Assembly (NCBI GenBank): GCA_051313645.2 | Contig: JBNRSN020000354.1 | Span: 310,001 to 374,000, forward strand | DNA: 64,000 nt | Source of the DNA: Centroscyllium fabricii | Taxonomy: Eukaryota | Reading direction: 5' to 3' | Shown: positions 9,641 through 19,419 of the stretch, in pieces | Numbering within the stretch: position 1 is the stretch's first letter | Layout of the letters: the number at the start of each line of letters is the position of its first letter | Position numbers and translations under genes: made by a program | The notes under the pieces: generated by a model | Seen by the model: only the letters and a program-made list of their open reading frames with translations | Database searches by the model: none | What the model was told of the DNA's origin: nothing

Positions 9641-10409
9641 AGTCAACTCTCAGACCCTAGAGAAAGGAGCCGAGCAAAGTTAGTTCAGGGATTTCTTAAA
9701 TCTAAAATAGCTAGATTTATGGCTAAGTTTAGTGATTTCTTTAAGGATTATTTCATATGTTTATGATGTTATAAACTTAACTTTTAGTCAGTGGCTAGAA
9801 AACCATCATGGGTGCTGAAAAGTGGTGGGCAAAATATTTTGAGAATGCTATTGATTGGTTGGTTATGTAGAGGCTCCTGGTTGTTTGTGGATCAACCTGT
9901 TTAGACATATTTGAACAATCAGCACTGTTCAGTTAACAATGATTTTTGTATATTCGAAGGGTAGATTTTCTTCTCAGACCCCTATGGCAGTGTAGGTTTG
10001 GCTGGGTGGTCCTGCCACCTGCCTCAGCCCTGCACCCAAGCCCTGGAGGACATCCTAGGGTCAGAGCTTTGATGGGTTCCTGGCAGTGTTCCTGCCCCCA
10101 AGAGCTGGGTTGGGGGGTGGGGGGATGAAAGGACGTAATGTGGTGCCAAAGGCAACATGGTGTCACCTGCTGCCCTGACAGAAGAGAAACGTTTATTTTG
10201 AAGAAAATGTCAACTCCTTGCCTTGTTTGGAGCACCTGCTGCACTGGGGCAGATGTTGGACGATTAAATCCCCTTCCACCACCTCAGAAACCCAGAGACG
10301 CCAGAAACGCGTTCCTCTCAGCCAGTGTTGCCATGGTGCAAACAGGAAATCCATGGCCTGACAAGACGCCCCATCGGTTGAGTCCCACCACAACACGGCT
10401 GCTCACAGC

Positions 10410-10989
10410 CAGGGCCGGCCTTAGGCCCAATGGGGCACCGCACCCATTACTTGAAAGTCCATGCTCAAAACCCGAACACCTTCAAACCAAACCTGTGTCT
10501 TATTCTTTTGAGCTGCAAAAAGGCACCAATGAATAATGAGTCTAGGGCTAGAAATGCAGGCACGGAGCAGTCATGCACAACATGGCTAATTATAGCAACC
10601 TTGAAGGAGATCTGGATCACTTTACTTTCACATTGATGCTAAGGTATCATACTGGGCGCTGACTTGAGTTTAGCCAGCCCTGTGTGATGTGTGATTCATA
10701 TTGCTCAGGTTCCACCCTGGTCCAAATTGGGCCCCTCAATTGCTAAGGCCAGTCCTGCTTGCAGCCAGTGAAAGAAAATGGCAGCGAGTCGCACCAGGAG
10801 CCGATTGCTATAATTAGCCATGTTGTGCATGACTGCGCCGTGCCTGCATTTCTAGCCCTCGACTAATTATTCATTGGTGCCTTTTTGCCTTTGGTTTGAA
10901 GGTGTTAGGGTTTTGAGTATGGACTTTCAAGTAATGGGTGCGGGGCCCCATTGGGTCAAATAGGTTCAATTGGCCTAAGGCCGGCCCTG
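10410..10989. mobile_element. hAT-like fold-back MITE with ~190-bp inverted arms
   Basis: Ends CAGGGCCGGCCTTAGGCC / GGCCTAAGGCCGGCCCTG. 10410-10598 is the reverse complement of ~10806-10989 with indels. No clean 8-bp TSD. Confidence 0.7.
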
Positions 10990-11169
10990 GCGACAGAGGC
11001 CCGATTTTCCTCCCTTGCCAGCGGCCGTTAAGACCGCTGAGGGGGGGCGCATGACGGCTGAGGAAAATCAGGCTGATGAAACAGCGGGAGGGATGGTGGG
11101 GAAACGTTTATTTTGTGCATGTGGTGGGGGCTCTGGGGACACTTTTTTTGAAAGCGCGACGGAACACTT

Positions 11170-12335
11170 GTGCTAGCGGGAGACTAACAAGTCAAGGGAA
11201 TACACAATGAATGGTAAGACCCTAAGAAAGACAGAGGATCAGAGGGACCTTGGTGTGCATGTACATAGATTCCTGAAGGCAGCAAGACAGGTAGATAAGG
11301 TGGTTAAAAAGGAATATGGGATACTTGCCTTCATTACATAGAAACATAGAAAGATAGAAGATAGGAGCAGGAGTAGGCCATTCGGCCCTTCGAGCCTGCT
11401 CCGCCATTCAATGAGATCATGGCTGATCATCCAAACCCAGTACCCCGCCCCTGCCCTCTCCCCATATCCCTTGATCCCTATCGAGCCTGCACCGACACAT
11501 ATCCCACCCTATCCCCATAACCCCACACATTCAATCCCCCTAACACTAAGGGTCAATTTATCCTGGCCAATCAACCTAACCCGCACATCTTTGGACTGTG
11601 GGAGGAAACCCACGCAGACACGGGGAGAATGTGCAAACTCCACACAGTTAGTACCCGAGGCTGGATTTGAACCCGGGTCTCCAGTGCTGTGAGGCAACAG
11701 TGCTAACCACTATGCCACCGTGCCGAGGCATAGAATATAAGAGCAGGGAGGTTATGATGGAGCTGTACAAAGCGCTAGTAAGGCCACAGTTGGAGTACTG
11801 TGTGCAGTTCTGGTCGCCACACGATAGGAAAGATGTGATTGCCCTGGAGAGGGTGCAGAGGAGATTCACCAGGATGTTACCTGGGCTGGAGCGCTTCAGC
11901 TATGAAGAAAGACTGGACAGGCTAGGGTTGTTTTCCTTGGAGCAGAGAAGGCTGAGGGGGGACCTGATTGAGGTGTACAAAATTATGAGGGACATAGATA
12001 GGGTAGATAGAAAGGAACTTTTTCCCCTTAGTAGAGGGGTCAATAACCAGGGGCATAGTTTCAAGGTAAGGGGCAGGAGGTTTAATGGGGATTTGGGGAG
12101 GAACTTTTTCACCCAGAGGGTGGTTGGAATCTGGAACTCTCTGCCTGAAAGGGTGGTAGAGGCAGAAACCCTCACAACATTCAAGAAGCATTTAGATGAG
12201 CACTTGAAATGCCATAGCACACAAGGCTACGGACCAAGTGCTGGAAAATGAGATTAGAACAGACTGGGCTTGATGTACGGCGCGGACACGATGGGCCGAA
12301 GGGCCTCTTTCTGTGCTGTATGATTCTATGACTCG
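11170..12335 (+). mobile_element. CR1 LINE 3' fragment interrupted by a SINE
   Basis: ORF 11667-12251 is the CR1 C-terminus, nearly the same as the copy at 2338-3218, followed by the 3' UTR. Confidence 0.9.
11337..11725 (-). mobile_element. tRNA-derived V-SINE (HE1-like), second copy
   Basis: Reverse-complement homologue of 8842-9242. Confidence 0.85.
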
Positions 12336-12498
12336 AACAATAGGACACATCATTGTAACCAGTTCCTTTGACTTAAGGCAAACAAAAGTTCATATTTGAA
12401 AGGAATTCCCCTCTCCCCAAATCACCTTTCTGGCTTCCTACTGGTAATCTTTCTGCTCTGTCAACAGTCTCTTCACAGTTGCTATTTCCCACATCTAT

Positions 12499-12640
12499 CA
12501 GAGAGAGAGCGCAAAGAGAGAAAGGAAAGAGAAATAGAAAAGAGAGTTTGAAAAAAGGAGAAAATAAAGGAGACAAGTAAGAGAGAAAAAGAGAATGCAA
12601 GATAAGAGAGGGGGTAAAGAAAAAGAAAAAGAAAAAAAAA
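12499..12640. repeat. GA-rich low-complexity tract
   Basis: Almost pure A/G run. Confidence 0.8.
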
Positions 12641-12753
12641 TATGGATGATAGGGTGGTAGAGGCAGGAACCCTCACAACATTCAAGAAGCATTTAGATGA
12701 GCACTACAAGGCTACGGACCAAATGCTGGAAAATGGGATGAGAATAGACTGGG

Positions 12754-13098
12754 GCTCCTGATCTACGACCATCCGGTGCGGAGGGGAGCGGGCAGGTCGG
12801 AGGACCTCCTCGTAAGTCTGCTCCTGGGCCTGGCCAAAAAAGCCATCGATTGGTCCAGGCATCGGGCGGTCAAGGGGGTCGTCCGGCCGGATTGCCTGCC
12901 TCTCTTCCGCGGCCATTTTCGCGCCCGGGTGGCCCTGGAGATGGAGCACGCGGTGTCCGCCGGTACGCTCGAGGCTTTCCGCGACCGGTGGGCGCCGCGG
13001 GGACTGGCGTGCATCATCAACCCGGCAAATCAAATTTTAAGTTAAGTTGTTAAAGTTTTATTTAAAGTTAGTCAATTTGTTTAAGAACCTATCAAAAA
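12754..13098 (+). mobile_element. Tx1/L1-like LINE ORF2 C-terminal fragment
   Basis: ORF 12776-13045 reads LLLGLAKKAI..SR...FR...RARVALE.......LEAFRDRW, resembling Tx1-clade C-termini. An AT-rich tail follows. Confidence 0.7.
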
Positions 13099-13099
13099 G

Positions 13100-13548
13100 A
13101 GGCAAGGGACCAGGGCCTCGAACTTGGCCCCTGGAGCCCAGGTTCCGAGAGGTTTCGGGGGGGAGCCCGTGAGGTAGGTCACAGGCCTCGGGGCGCTTCG
13201 GAGCTCGGGGGGGGGGGGGCGTCGGACCAAGGGGCAGGCCCAGGGTCTTCGAATGCGGCCCCCGGAGCCCAGGCTTTTTCGAGAGGATGCAGGGTGAAAC
13301 AATGGAAGGTCGGCGAGTGAAACAGCAGAAAGAACTTAAAGAACGTTGCGTGCAGGAGAGGTCGGAGCGGTGCGAGAACGGGACTTGCGACTGACGGCGC
13401 TGGCGAGGTGGCTGCCGTCTCACAGGCTCCGGGGGCGTGTCGGGCAGGTTAGTGTGCTTTGTTGCGCGGTGCGTTCGAACCGTGAAGAAAGCATTTCACT
13501 GTCCAGATTGCACTTGTTGTATTTTAGTACATGTGACAAATAAAAGTA
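13100..13548 (+). mobile_element. Second copy of the GC-rich non-autonomous retroelement
   Basis: GTTGCGCGGTGCGTTCG...GCATTTCACTGTC...TTAGTACATGTGACAAATAAA is homologous to 2213-2285. Confidence 0.55.
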
Positions 13549-13624
13549 ACTGGGCTCGATGGCCGGCGCACACACGATGGGCCGAAGGGCCTCTTTCTGT
13601 GCTGTAAATGTCGAACTGCGACAC

Positions 13625-13859
13625 TTTGCGATGCAGGCATTGAAATTAATAATTGTTAATGATGCGGCTAGGTAACAATGGCGGGCTTGTTTATTGTCTA
13701 TACGTATATGTGTGTGTGTGTGTGAGACAATGAGGAGCTGTCAGTCGGACTGTGCCTGGAGCTCTGGTATTGGGAGGTGTGTGAGGGGCTCGGTCTGTGG
13801 AAAGTTGCTGAGCGGTCTGTTCCTCAGCAGCCTCTCGCCGCATTGTGACTCACAGCGTC
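13625..13859 (+). promoter_or_regulatory. Probable promoter/5' UTR of the SPAK/OSR1-family gene
   Basis: Non-repetitive sequence directly upstream of the ATG, with a (TG)n tract and an AP-1-like TGACTCA at ~13846. The TSS cannot be determined from sequence. Confidence 0.4.
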
Positions 13860-13932
13860 ATGGCGGAGGAGCTGCTCGCCGGGTCCCAGTGGCCAAATTC
13901 AAGAGATGCCTACGAGCTGCAGGAGATCATCG
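13860..13932 (+). CDS. STK39: First coding exon of a STE20-family SPAK/OSR1 (GCK-VI) kinase
   Basis: Strong Kozak context gtcATGG. Translates MAEELLAGSQWPNSRDAYELQEII-G, matching STK39 WPICRDAYELQEVIG and OXSR1 WSINRDDYELQEVIG. Phase-1 donor G|GTCAGT falls in the Gly codon where exon 1 of these genes ends. The paralogue call (STK39 vs OXSR1-like) is tentative. Confidence 0.85.
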
Positions 13933-14650
13933 GTCAGTCTCTTCTTCACTTTTTTTTGTGTCAGGAACGGCGCGTCTAAACAAATGTAACCGTCGCCACA
14001 ACAAAGGAGGGCGGGGAGGAGGAGGGGGGAGAAGCCACCCTCCCCTCAATTCTTTTCTGTTGTTGGTCTTTTAGTTCGATCTCAGTCTGTTGGGCGGCAT
14101 TATTCGTTTCTGAGCGAGCTCAATCCTTGGGTGCAGGGAGACTGCGTCTTTTTGATGAAACTGGCGCTGCGTTTGAGGAGAAAGAGGGAGGGTGGGAAGG
14201 ACCACAGCTTTTCGTTCTGATTTATCAGCTTCTTCGGGGGTAGGTCCCTGCTGCAAGTGGCTGTTCTGATGATAAATGCGTGTTTTTGGGGCCAGGATGT
14301 CGTAGCTTCGGATGTTTTGCGTTGCTGTTATTCGCCCCTCTCCTCTCCTCTCCTCTCCTCTCTGACTGGGTTGATCCGGGTTCAGTGGCAATGAATGAAA
14401 GGAGTGAGTTGAACATGTTGGAAGTGACTGTGCTTCCAGACTGGCTGTCAGCCTCTCTCTTGACATATTTGCAGAACTGCGACATTGGCTCTTGATGTCA
14501 AATGGGACCCCCCCTCCCTATAACAAGCTATGATGTGGAGGTGCCGGTGTTGGACTGGGGTGGACAAATGTAAGAAGTCACACAACACCAGGTTATAGTC
14601 CAACAGTTTTATTAGACATGATGTGGAGGTGCCGGTGTTGGACTGGGGTG

Positions 14651-16986
14651 TGTTACCGAATTAACGACCTCGGAGACGAGTTATAACGAGGTGAAACAAT
14701 CGGCTATTATTAGCTAAAAGGTGGGCATGCACCAGCTAGTCGACCGTCCTCAGAATGGCTGGGGGAAGGGAGACGGCCGCTTATGTACCTGGTCCTGGGA
14801 AGGAGGAGTCACAGGCGGCGCCAGCATGGGCATGCCCAGGTAGCAATACACAAAGAACTATGTACAGTACAGTTACACACAGATATATATACAACATGGT
14901 TTACCACATTCACCCACCCCTTGTTTAAAAACAAAAGTCCGGCGGGGCGAATGCGACACAGTTCTTATAAGTCAAGCCTGTCGGGCGGCCTGGTCTGTCT
15001 GGTCGATCGGCGCACCGCTGGTGGTGGAGTCGACGGGCGCACCGTTGGCAGTGGAGTCGGTAACAGCGAGGTCGGCGTGGGCGTTCGGTCCATCGTTGGT
15101 GCCCTTGCGGTAACGACCAGAGGCGCGCTCTCCCATTCGTCATCCGACTCTGGGGTGCGTGCACTAGGGGGCCATGCTGTGCTGCCTGCAGGTGCTGGGT
15201 GGGCGTACCGTGGCGCTGGAGCCTCGTGGTGAGCGACGTACCGTGGTGCTGGTGGCCCGGAGGTGGTGGCAGGCAGGCGAGGGGGTGCGGGCTGATGGGC
15301 AGAGCTGGTCTCGGGGGCACCCGCGGGTGCCAGGTCCTTGATGGACACCGTATCCTCCCTCCCGTCGGGGTACGCCACGTAGGCGTACTGGGGGTTGGCG
15401 TGCAGGAGGTGGACCCGTTCGACCAGGGGGTCCGACTTATGGCCCCTCACATGCTTCCGGAGCAGGACTGGTCCTGGGGGCGATAGCCATGACGGCAGCG
15501 AGGTCCCGGAAGCCGACTTCCTAGGGAAGGCAAAAAGTCGCTCGTGAGGGGTGGCGTTAGTGGCCGTACAAAGAAGTGACCGGATGGAGTGGAGCGCTTC
15601 GGGGAGGACGTCCTGCCAGCGGGAGACTGGGAGGCCTTTAGACCGTAGGGCTAACAGGATGGCCTTCCAGACGGTGGCGTTCTCCCTCTCTACCTGTCCG
15701 TTCCCCCGGGGGTTGTAGTTGGTAGTCCTGCTAGTAGCGATGCCTTTGGCTAGCAGGAACTGACGCAGCTCGTCGCTCATAAAGGAGGCCCCCCGGTCGC
15801 TGTGGATGTAGCTCGCCGTGCTCCCGCTGTCAAAAAGGCACTCTGTACTCCGCCCGTTCACCTCCACTGTCATCATCGATCTGCTGAGTGGCTGATTCTT
15901 GTTCTGATCCAGTGTGATGGAGGCCAGTATCGGGTCGGTCGAGTCGGTTGAGAGGTATGGGGCCTGGTCCCAAGATGGCTGCCGCCATGTGGTGTACTGT
16001 GATGGAGGTGGCTGAGACCAAGATGGCGTCTGCTGCCACGCGGCGGGTTCTGGTGAAGATGGCTGTGTCCAAGATGGCTGCCCCCATGGCCCACACGCGA
16101 CGCTGCCTGGTTTGGAGTGCGGTATTGCCGCTGCTCTGCAGACTTTTGCGTAATGTCCCTTCTTACCGCATTTCGAGCAGGCCGCGTCTTTCGCCGGGCA
16201 ATTTCGCCTGGGATGTTGGGCCTGACCGCAGAAGTAGCATTTAGGCCCTCTCAAGTGCGTAGCCACAGTCATCTCTTCCGCCGGTCGCAGCGTGGCCGGC
16301 TGTGCCCAAGATGTCGCTGATGGGGCCGCGTGGTTGCCCGAGTAAGACGACAAGTTAAGAGACGCCAAGTCCAGAGCGTTTCCCAGGTCAGCTGTCGCCT
16401 GCAGGTCCATACCGTTTTGCTCCAAGAGTCTTTGGCGGATATAGTCGGACCTGAGGCCAGTCACGTAAGCGTCCCTGATGAGACTGTCCGCGTGTACCTG
16501 GGCTGACTGTGCCTTACAGTTGCAGGCCCGGCAGAGGACTCTCAGCGCTCGTAGGAACTCCACGCTCAATTCCCCGGGTTGCTGCTTTCTGGTGGCCAGG
16601 AGGTGTCTGGCGTGGACGAGGTTCGGTGCCCGGTTATATTCGGCTTTTAGAATCCGGATCGCATCTAGGTAAGACGGTGCATCCAAGATCATCGAGTAGA
16701 CTTGGGGGCCCACCCGGGCGTTGAGAAGGCGCCGTTTGTCCTCCTCTGTCCTGACGACCACCGCGTTTGCTTTGAGGAACGCGTCAAAACAGTCGAACCA
16801 GTGCGTGAAGGTATTGGAGGCGCCTGGCGTTTGGGGATCCAGTTCGAACGTCGCTGGTTTGAGCATGGACTCCATAGTTAAATTTAGCTAATAAAATTGT
16901 TACCAAATTAACGACCTCGGAGACGAGTTATAACGAGGTGAAACAATAGGCTTTTATTAGCTAAAAGGTGGGCATGCACCAGCTAG
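14651..16986 (-). mobile_element. Internally deleted Gypsy LTR retrotransposon (element 2)
   Basis: Complete 258-bp 3' LTR 14651-14908 preceded on the minus strand by PPT GGGGTGGGTGAA. The 5' LTR remnant 16898-16986 is nearly identical to 14651-14739. Confidence 0.9.
14965..16875 (-). CDS. Gag fused in frame to protease start and integrase C-terminal half, 636 aa (RT/RNase H deleted)
   Basis: Gag is homologous to element 1 (two knuckles). LFDSGST is joined directly to ASYIHSDRGASF...VERE...LLCTATNATPHER. Confidence 0.85.
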   Translation of the reverse strand: MESMLKPATFELDPQTPGASNTFTHWFDCFDAFLKANAVVVRTEEDKRRLLNARVGPQVYSMILDAPSYLDAIRILKAEYNRAPNLVHARHLLATRKQQPGELSVEFLRALRVLCRACNCKAQSAQVHADSLIRDAYVTGLRSDYIRQRLLEQNGMDLQATADLGNALDLASLNLSSYSGNHAAPSATSWAQPATLRPAEEMTVATHLRGPKCYFCGQAQHPRRNCPAKDAACSKCGKKGHYAKVCRAAAIPHSKPGSVACGPWGQPSWTQPSSPEPAAWQQTPSWSQPPPSQYTTWRQPSWDQAPYLSTDSTDPILASITLDQNKNQPLSRSMMTVEVNGRSTECLFDSGSTASYIHSDRGASFMSDELRQFLLAKGIATSRTTNYNPRGNGQVERENATVWKAILLALRSKGLPVSRWQDVLPEALHSIRSLLCTATNATPHERLFAFPRKSASGTSLPSWLSPPGPVLLRKHVRGHKSDPLVERVHLLHANPQYAYVAYPDGREDTVSIKDLAPAGAPETSSAHQPAPPRLPATTSGPPAPRYVAHHEAPAPRYAHPAPAGSTAWPPSARTPESDDEWESAPLVVTARAPTMDRTPTPTSLLPTPLPTVRPSTPPPAVRRSTRQTRPPDRLDL

Positions 16987-16999
16987 ACTGGTCTCTCTT

Positions 17000-17037
17000 T
17001 CACCTGACGAAGGGGCAGAAGCTCCGAAAGCTTATGA
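17000..17037 (+). ncRNA. Minimal hammerhead ribozyme motif
   Basis: TCAC-CTGACGA-A-GGGGC-agaa-GCTCC-GAA-AGCT-T-ATGA, with one stem I mismatch. Confidence 0.65.
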
Positions 17038-17100
17038 TTTAAAATAAAACTGTTGGACTATAATCTGGTGTTGTGTGACTTCTTGCAGTTTTATTAGAAA

Positions 17101-17137
17101 TCACAAGCTTTCGGAGCGTTGCTCCTTCGTCAGGTGA
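17101..17137 (-). ncRNA. Minimal hammerhead ribozyme motif
   Basis: Minus strand TCAC-CTGACGA-A-GGAGC-aac-GCTCC-GAA-AGCT-T-GTGA, all stems intact. Confidence 0.78.
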
Positions 17138-17282
17138 AGTGAAGAGATGCATATAGGCACAGCATATCTAGTCAGGGAACACTGCCAGATGATTACAGGT
17201 AATCTTTCCAACTGCCCTTACCTGTGATCATCTAGCATTGTTCTCTGACTATATCTGCTGTGCCTATATGCATCTCTTCACT

Positions 17283-17319
17283 TCACCTGATGAAGGAGCA
17301 GCGCCCTGAAAGCTTGTGA
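17283..17319 (+). ncRNA. Minimal hammerhead ribozyme motif (weakened stem II)
   Basis: TCAC-CTGATGA-A-GGAGC-agc-GCCCT-GAA-AGCT-T-GTGA. Confidence 0.6.
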
Positions 17320-17449
17320 TTTCAAATAAAACTGTTGGACTCTAACCTGGTGTTGTGTGACTTATTACATTTATAACAAGCTAGATGTAGGAAGGATGTT
17401 CCCGATGGCCAGGCAGTCCAGAAGCAGGGGTCACAGTCTAAGGATAAGG

Positions 17450-17707
17450 CTGACTGATATGTTAGAACACCTTTGATTGCTTTGATGTCTCTCTGCTGAG
17501 GTGTGATGTTGAACAGTTGGAGAGACTACATTGTTCTCTCCCTCAATATATATATATGCTGTGTTTAAATGAATCTCTTTACATGCACCTGAGGAAGGAG
17601 CTGCGCTCCGAAAGCTTGTGATTTCAAATAAAACTGTTGGACTATAACCTGGTGTTGTGTGACTTCTTACAATTGTCCACCCTAGTCCAATACCGGCACC
17701 TCCACAT
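17450..17707 (+). mobile_element. Short Penelope-like insertion
   Basis: 11-bp TSD TAAGGATAAGG (17439-17449, 17708-17718). Carries the terminal repeat from the hammerhead to ...CCGGCACCTCCACAT. Confidence 0.75.
17587..17621 (+). ncRNA. Minimal hammerhead ribozyme motif
   Basis: CAC-CTGAGGA-A-GGAGC-tgc-GCTCC-GAA-AGCT-T-GTG. Confidence 0.68.
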
Positions 17708-18595
17708 TAAGGATAAGGGGTAAGCCATTTAGGACAGAGATGAGGAGGGATTTGTTCACGCAGAGAGTGGTGAACCTGTGAAATTCTCTACCACAGAGGG
17801 CGGCTGAGGCCAATTCATTAAATATATTAAAGAAGGAGTTAGATATATTTCTTACAGCTACAGGGATCAAGGGATATGGGGAGAAGGCAGGGACAGGGTA
17901 CTGAGTTTGGATGACCAGCCATGATCGCATTGAATGGCGGAGCAGGCTCGAGGGGCCGAATGGCCTACTCCTGCTCCTATCTTCTATGTTTCTATGTTTA
18001 CACTTGAGGGTTGGTGTGCGTGTGTGCGAAGTGTCAGCTGATGCCTGGCACCACATCAAGCATAATGAAAATGTTTATACAAATCACAGACTATTTTATT
18101 ATTGTTATTGGGAGAGGGGACAGGTGGTCCTAAGGCTAACTCGCTGCATATTTGCAGAAGGCAAAAAGACTTTGAGAGAGTATATAGTGAGATTGTTTCT
18201 GTTGGTGAATCAGTGAAGAGGGCACAGACCTGCCAAAAAATGAAGAGGAAAGTTAGACAATTTCTTTTCAGAGAGAGAGTTGTCAGAACATGGAATTCTT
18301 TACCACGAGTGGCTACTGTGGCAGAGATGTTTGAAAGGGGAGAATATAAAAGGATGTCAGGAAAGAACAAGGAAATGCGATTAGAGTGGACAGTTTCAAT
18401 TGAGGAACCAGCAGCGGCACTTCTGGACTGATTGACCTCCTTCTGTGCTATACGTTCACTGATTCCATGACTCAAGCATGATACTGGATTGAATCTGTAA
18501 ACATGGAAGAACATGTAATCTAACCTCCCCCTCTTGCTCCCTCCCAAAACAATATTCACTTAATTCAGTACCGACACACTTTCTGTGTTCAGGTA

Positions 18596-18979
18596 CAGGG
18601 CCGACACCGTTAATCCGGCACAGGCGGGACCAGGCCGGTGCTGAATTAGTGAAAAATCCAAATGATTGAAGCTTCGGCGAGCGCATGCGCAGACCATTCA
18701 AAATGGCTGCCGCGAAGGCCGGTGGCCATTTTGAATGGTCTGCGCATGCGCTCGTCGAAGCATCAATCGTTCGGGGAGGCCCAGGCATGCGCAGCCAAGC
18801 GCCGCGGCCATTTTGCGCATGTGCAGCCAAGCGCGGCGGCCATTTTGCGCATGAGCAGACCAGTCGGGGAGAGGCCCGGGAATGCGCAGCCAAGCGCGAC
18901 TGCCATTTTGCGCATGCGCAGACCAGTCGGCCGGATTTGTTCCGGATTACCGGTGTCCGGATTAACGGTGCCGGACCTG
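18596..18979. mobile_element. Complete Tc1/mariner(pogo)-type MITE
   Basis: TA on both sides. 23-bp TIR CAGG(G/T)CCG(A/G)CACCGTTAATCCGG. Internal GCGCATGCGC and GCCATTTTG repeats. Confidence 0.8.
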
Positions 18980-19419
18980 TATCTTTTTGTTGTGTTAGCT
19001 ATTTTCTGTGTATTTTTGACAGCAAATGTCTAGACCTGGCAGAGAACTGTGTGTAAAACATTTCTTCCAGGGGCACTGTTAATTTCACTGATAGCTCTGT
19101 TGCCAAAAATGTCGACTTACAGATCGAGAGGTCCCAGTTTCTAAACCTGGTTTGCGTTGAGTTGGCTGATCGCGGGTGTGCTACGGCTTGGAAGCTACAA
19201 CTGACCTTAGCGACAGGGGTTTCTGATCGCCATGCGGTGACCCCCTTTGGATGATGACACAATTGGGCGTGGCTGCGATGCTCCCCATGACGGAATAGCC
19301 GGCTGACACTCGCTGTCCAGGCGCACATGAATACCCGCCAGTTGGGTGAGGTATCGGAGAAGAGCAGAGAAAAGGGGAGAGAGTTGCGCAGGAAGTCGGG
19401 TGAAGTGTCACCCCACTAT

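Larger units (their letters stand above)
14617..17085. mobile_element. Inner Penelope-like insertion containing Gypsy element 2
   Basis: 13-bp TSD CAGTTTTATTAGA (14604-14616, 17086-17098). PLE repeat pieces at 14617-14650 and ~16998-17085 are in opposite orientations. Confidence 0.7.
14531..17371. mobile_element. Outer Penelope-like insertion with inverted terminal-repeat arms
   Basis: 12-bp TSD TATAACAAGCTA (14519-14530, 17372-17383). The left arm 14531-14616 plus 17086-17205 is the reverse complement of the right arm ~17218-17371. Confidence 0.75.
17384..17998 (+). mobile_element. CR1 LINE 3' fragment interrupted by a PLE
   Basis: Matches the CR1 3' end at 20480-20828. Confidence 0.8.

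Noticed and set aside
13694-14074. 126-aa ORF over the promoter region
   Set aside because: It is in a different frame from the conserved kinase exon, runs through a microsatellite and intron, and has no motif.
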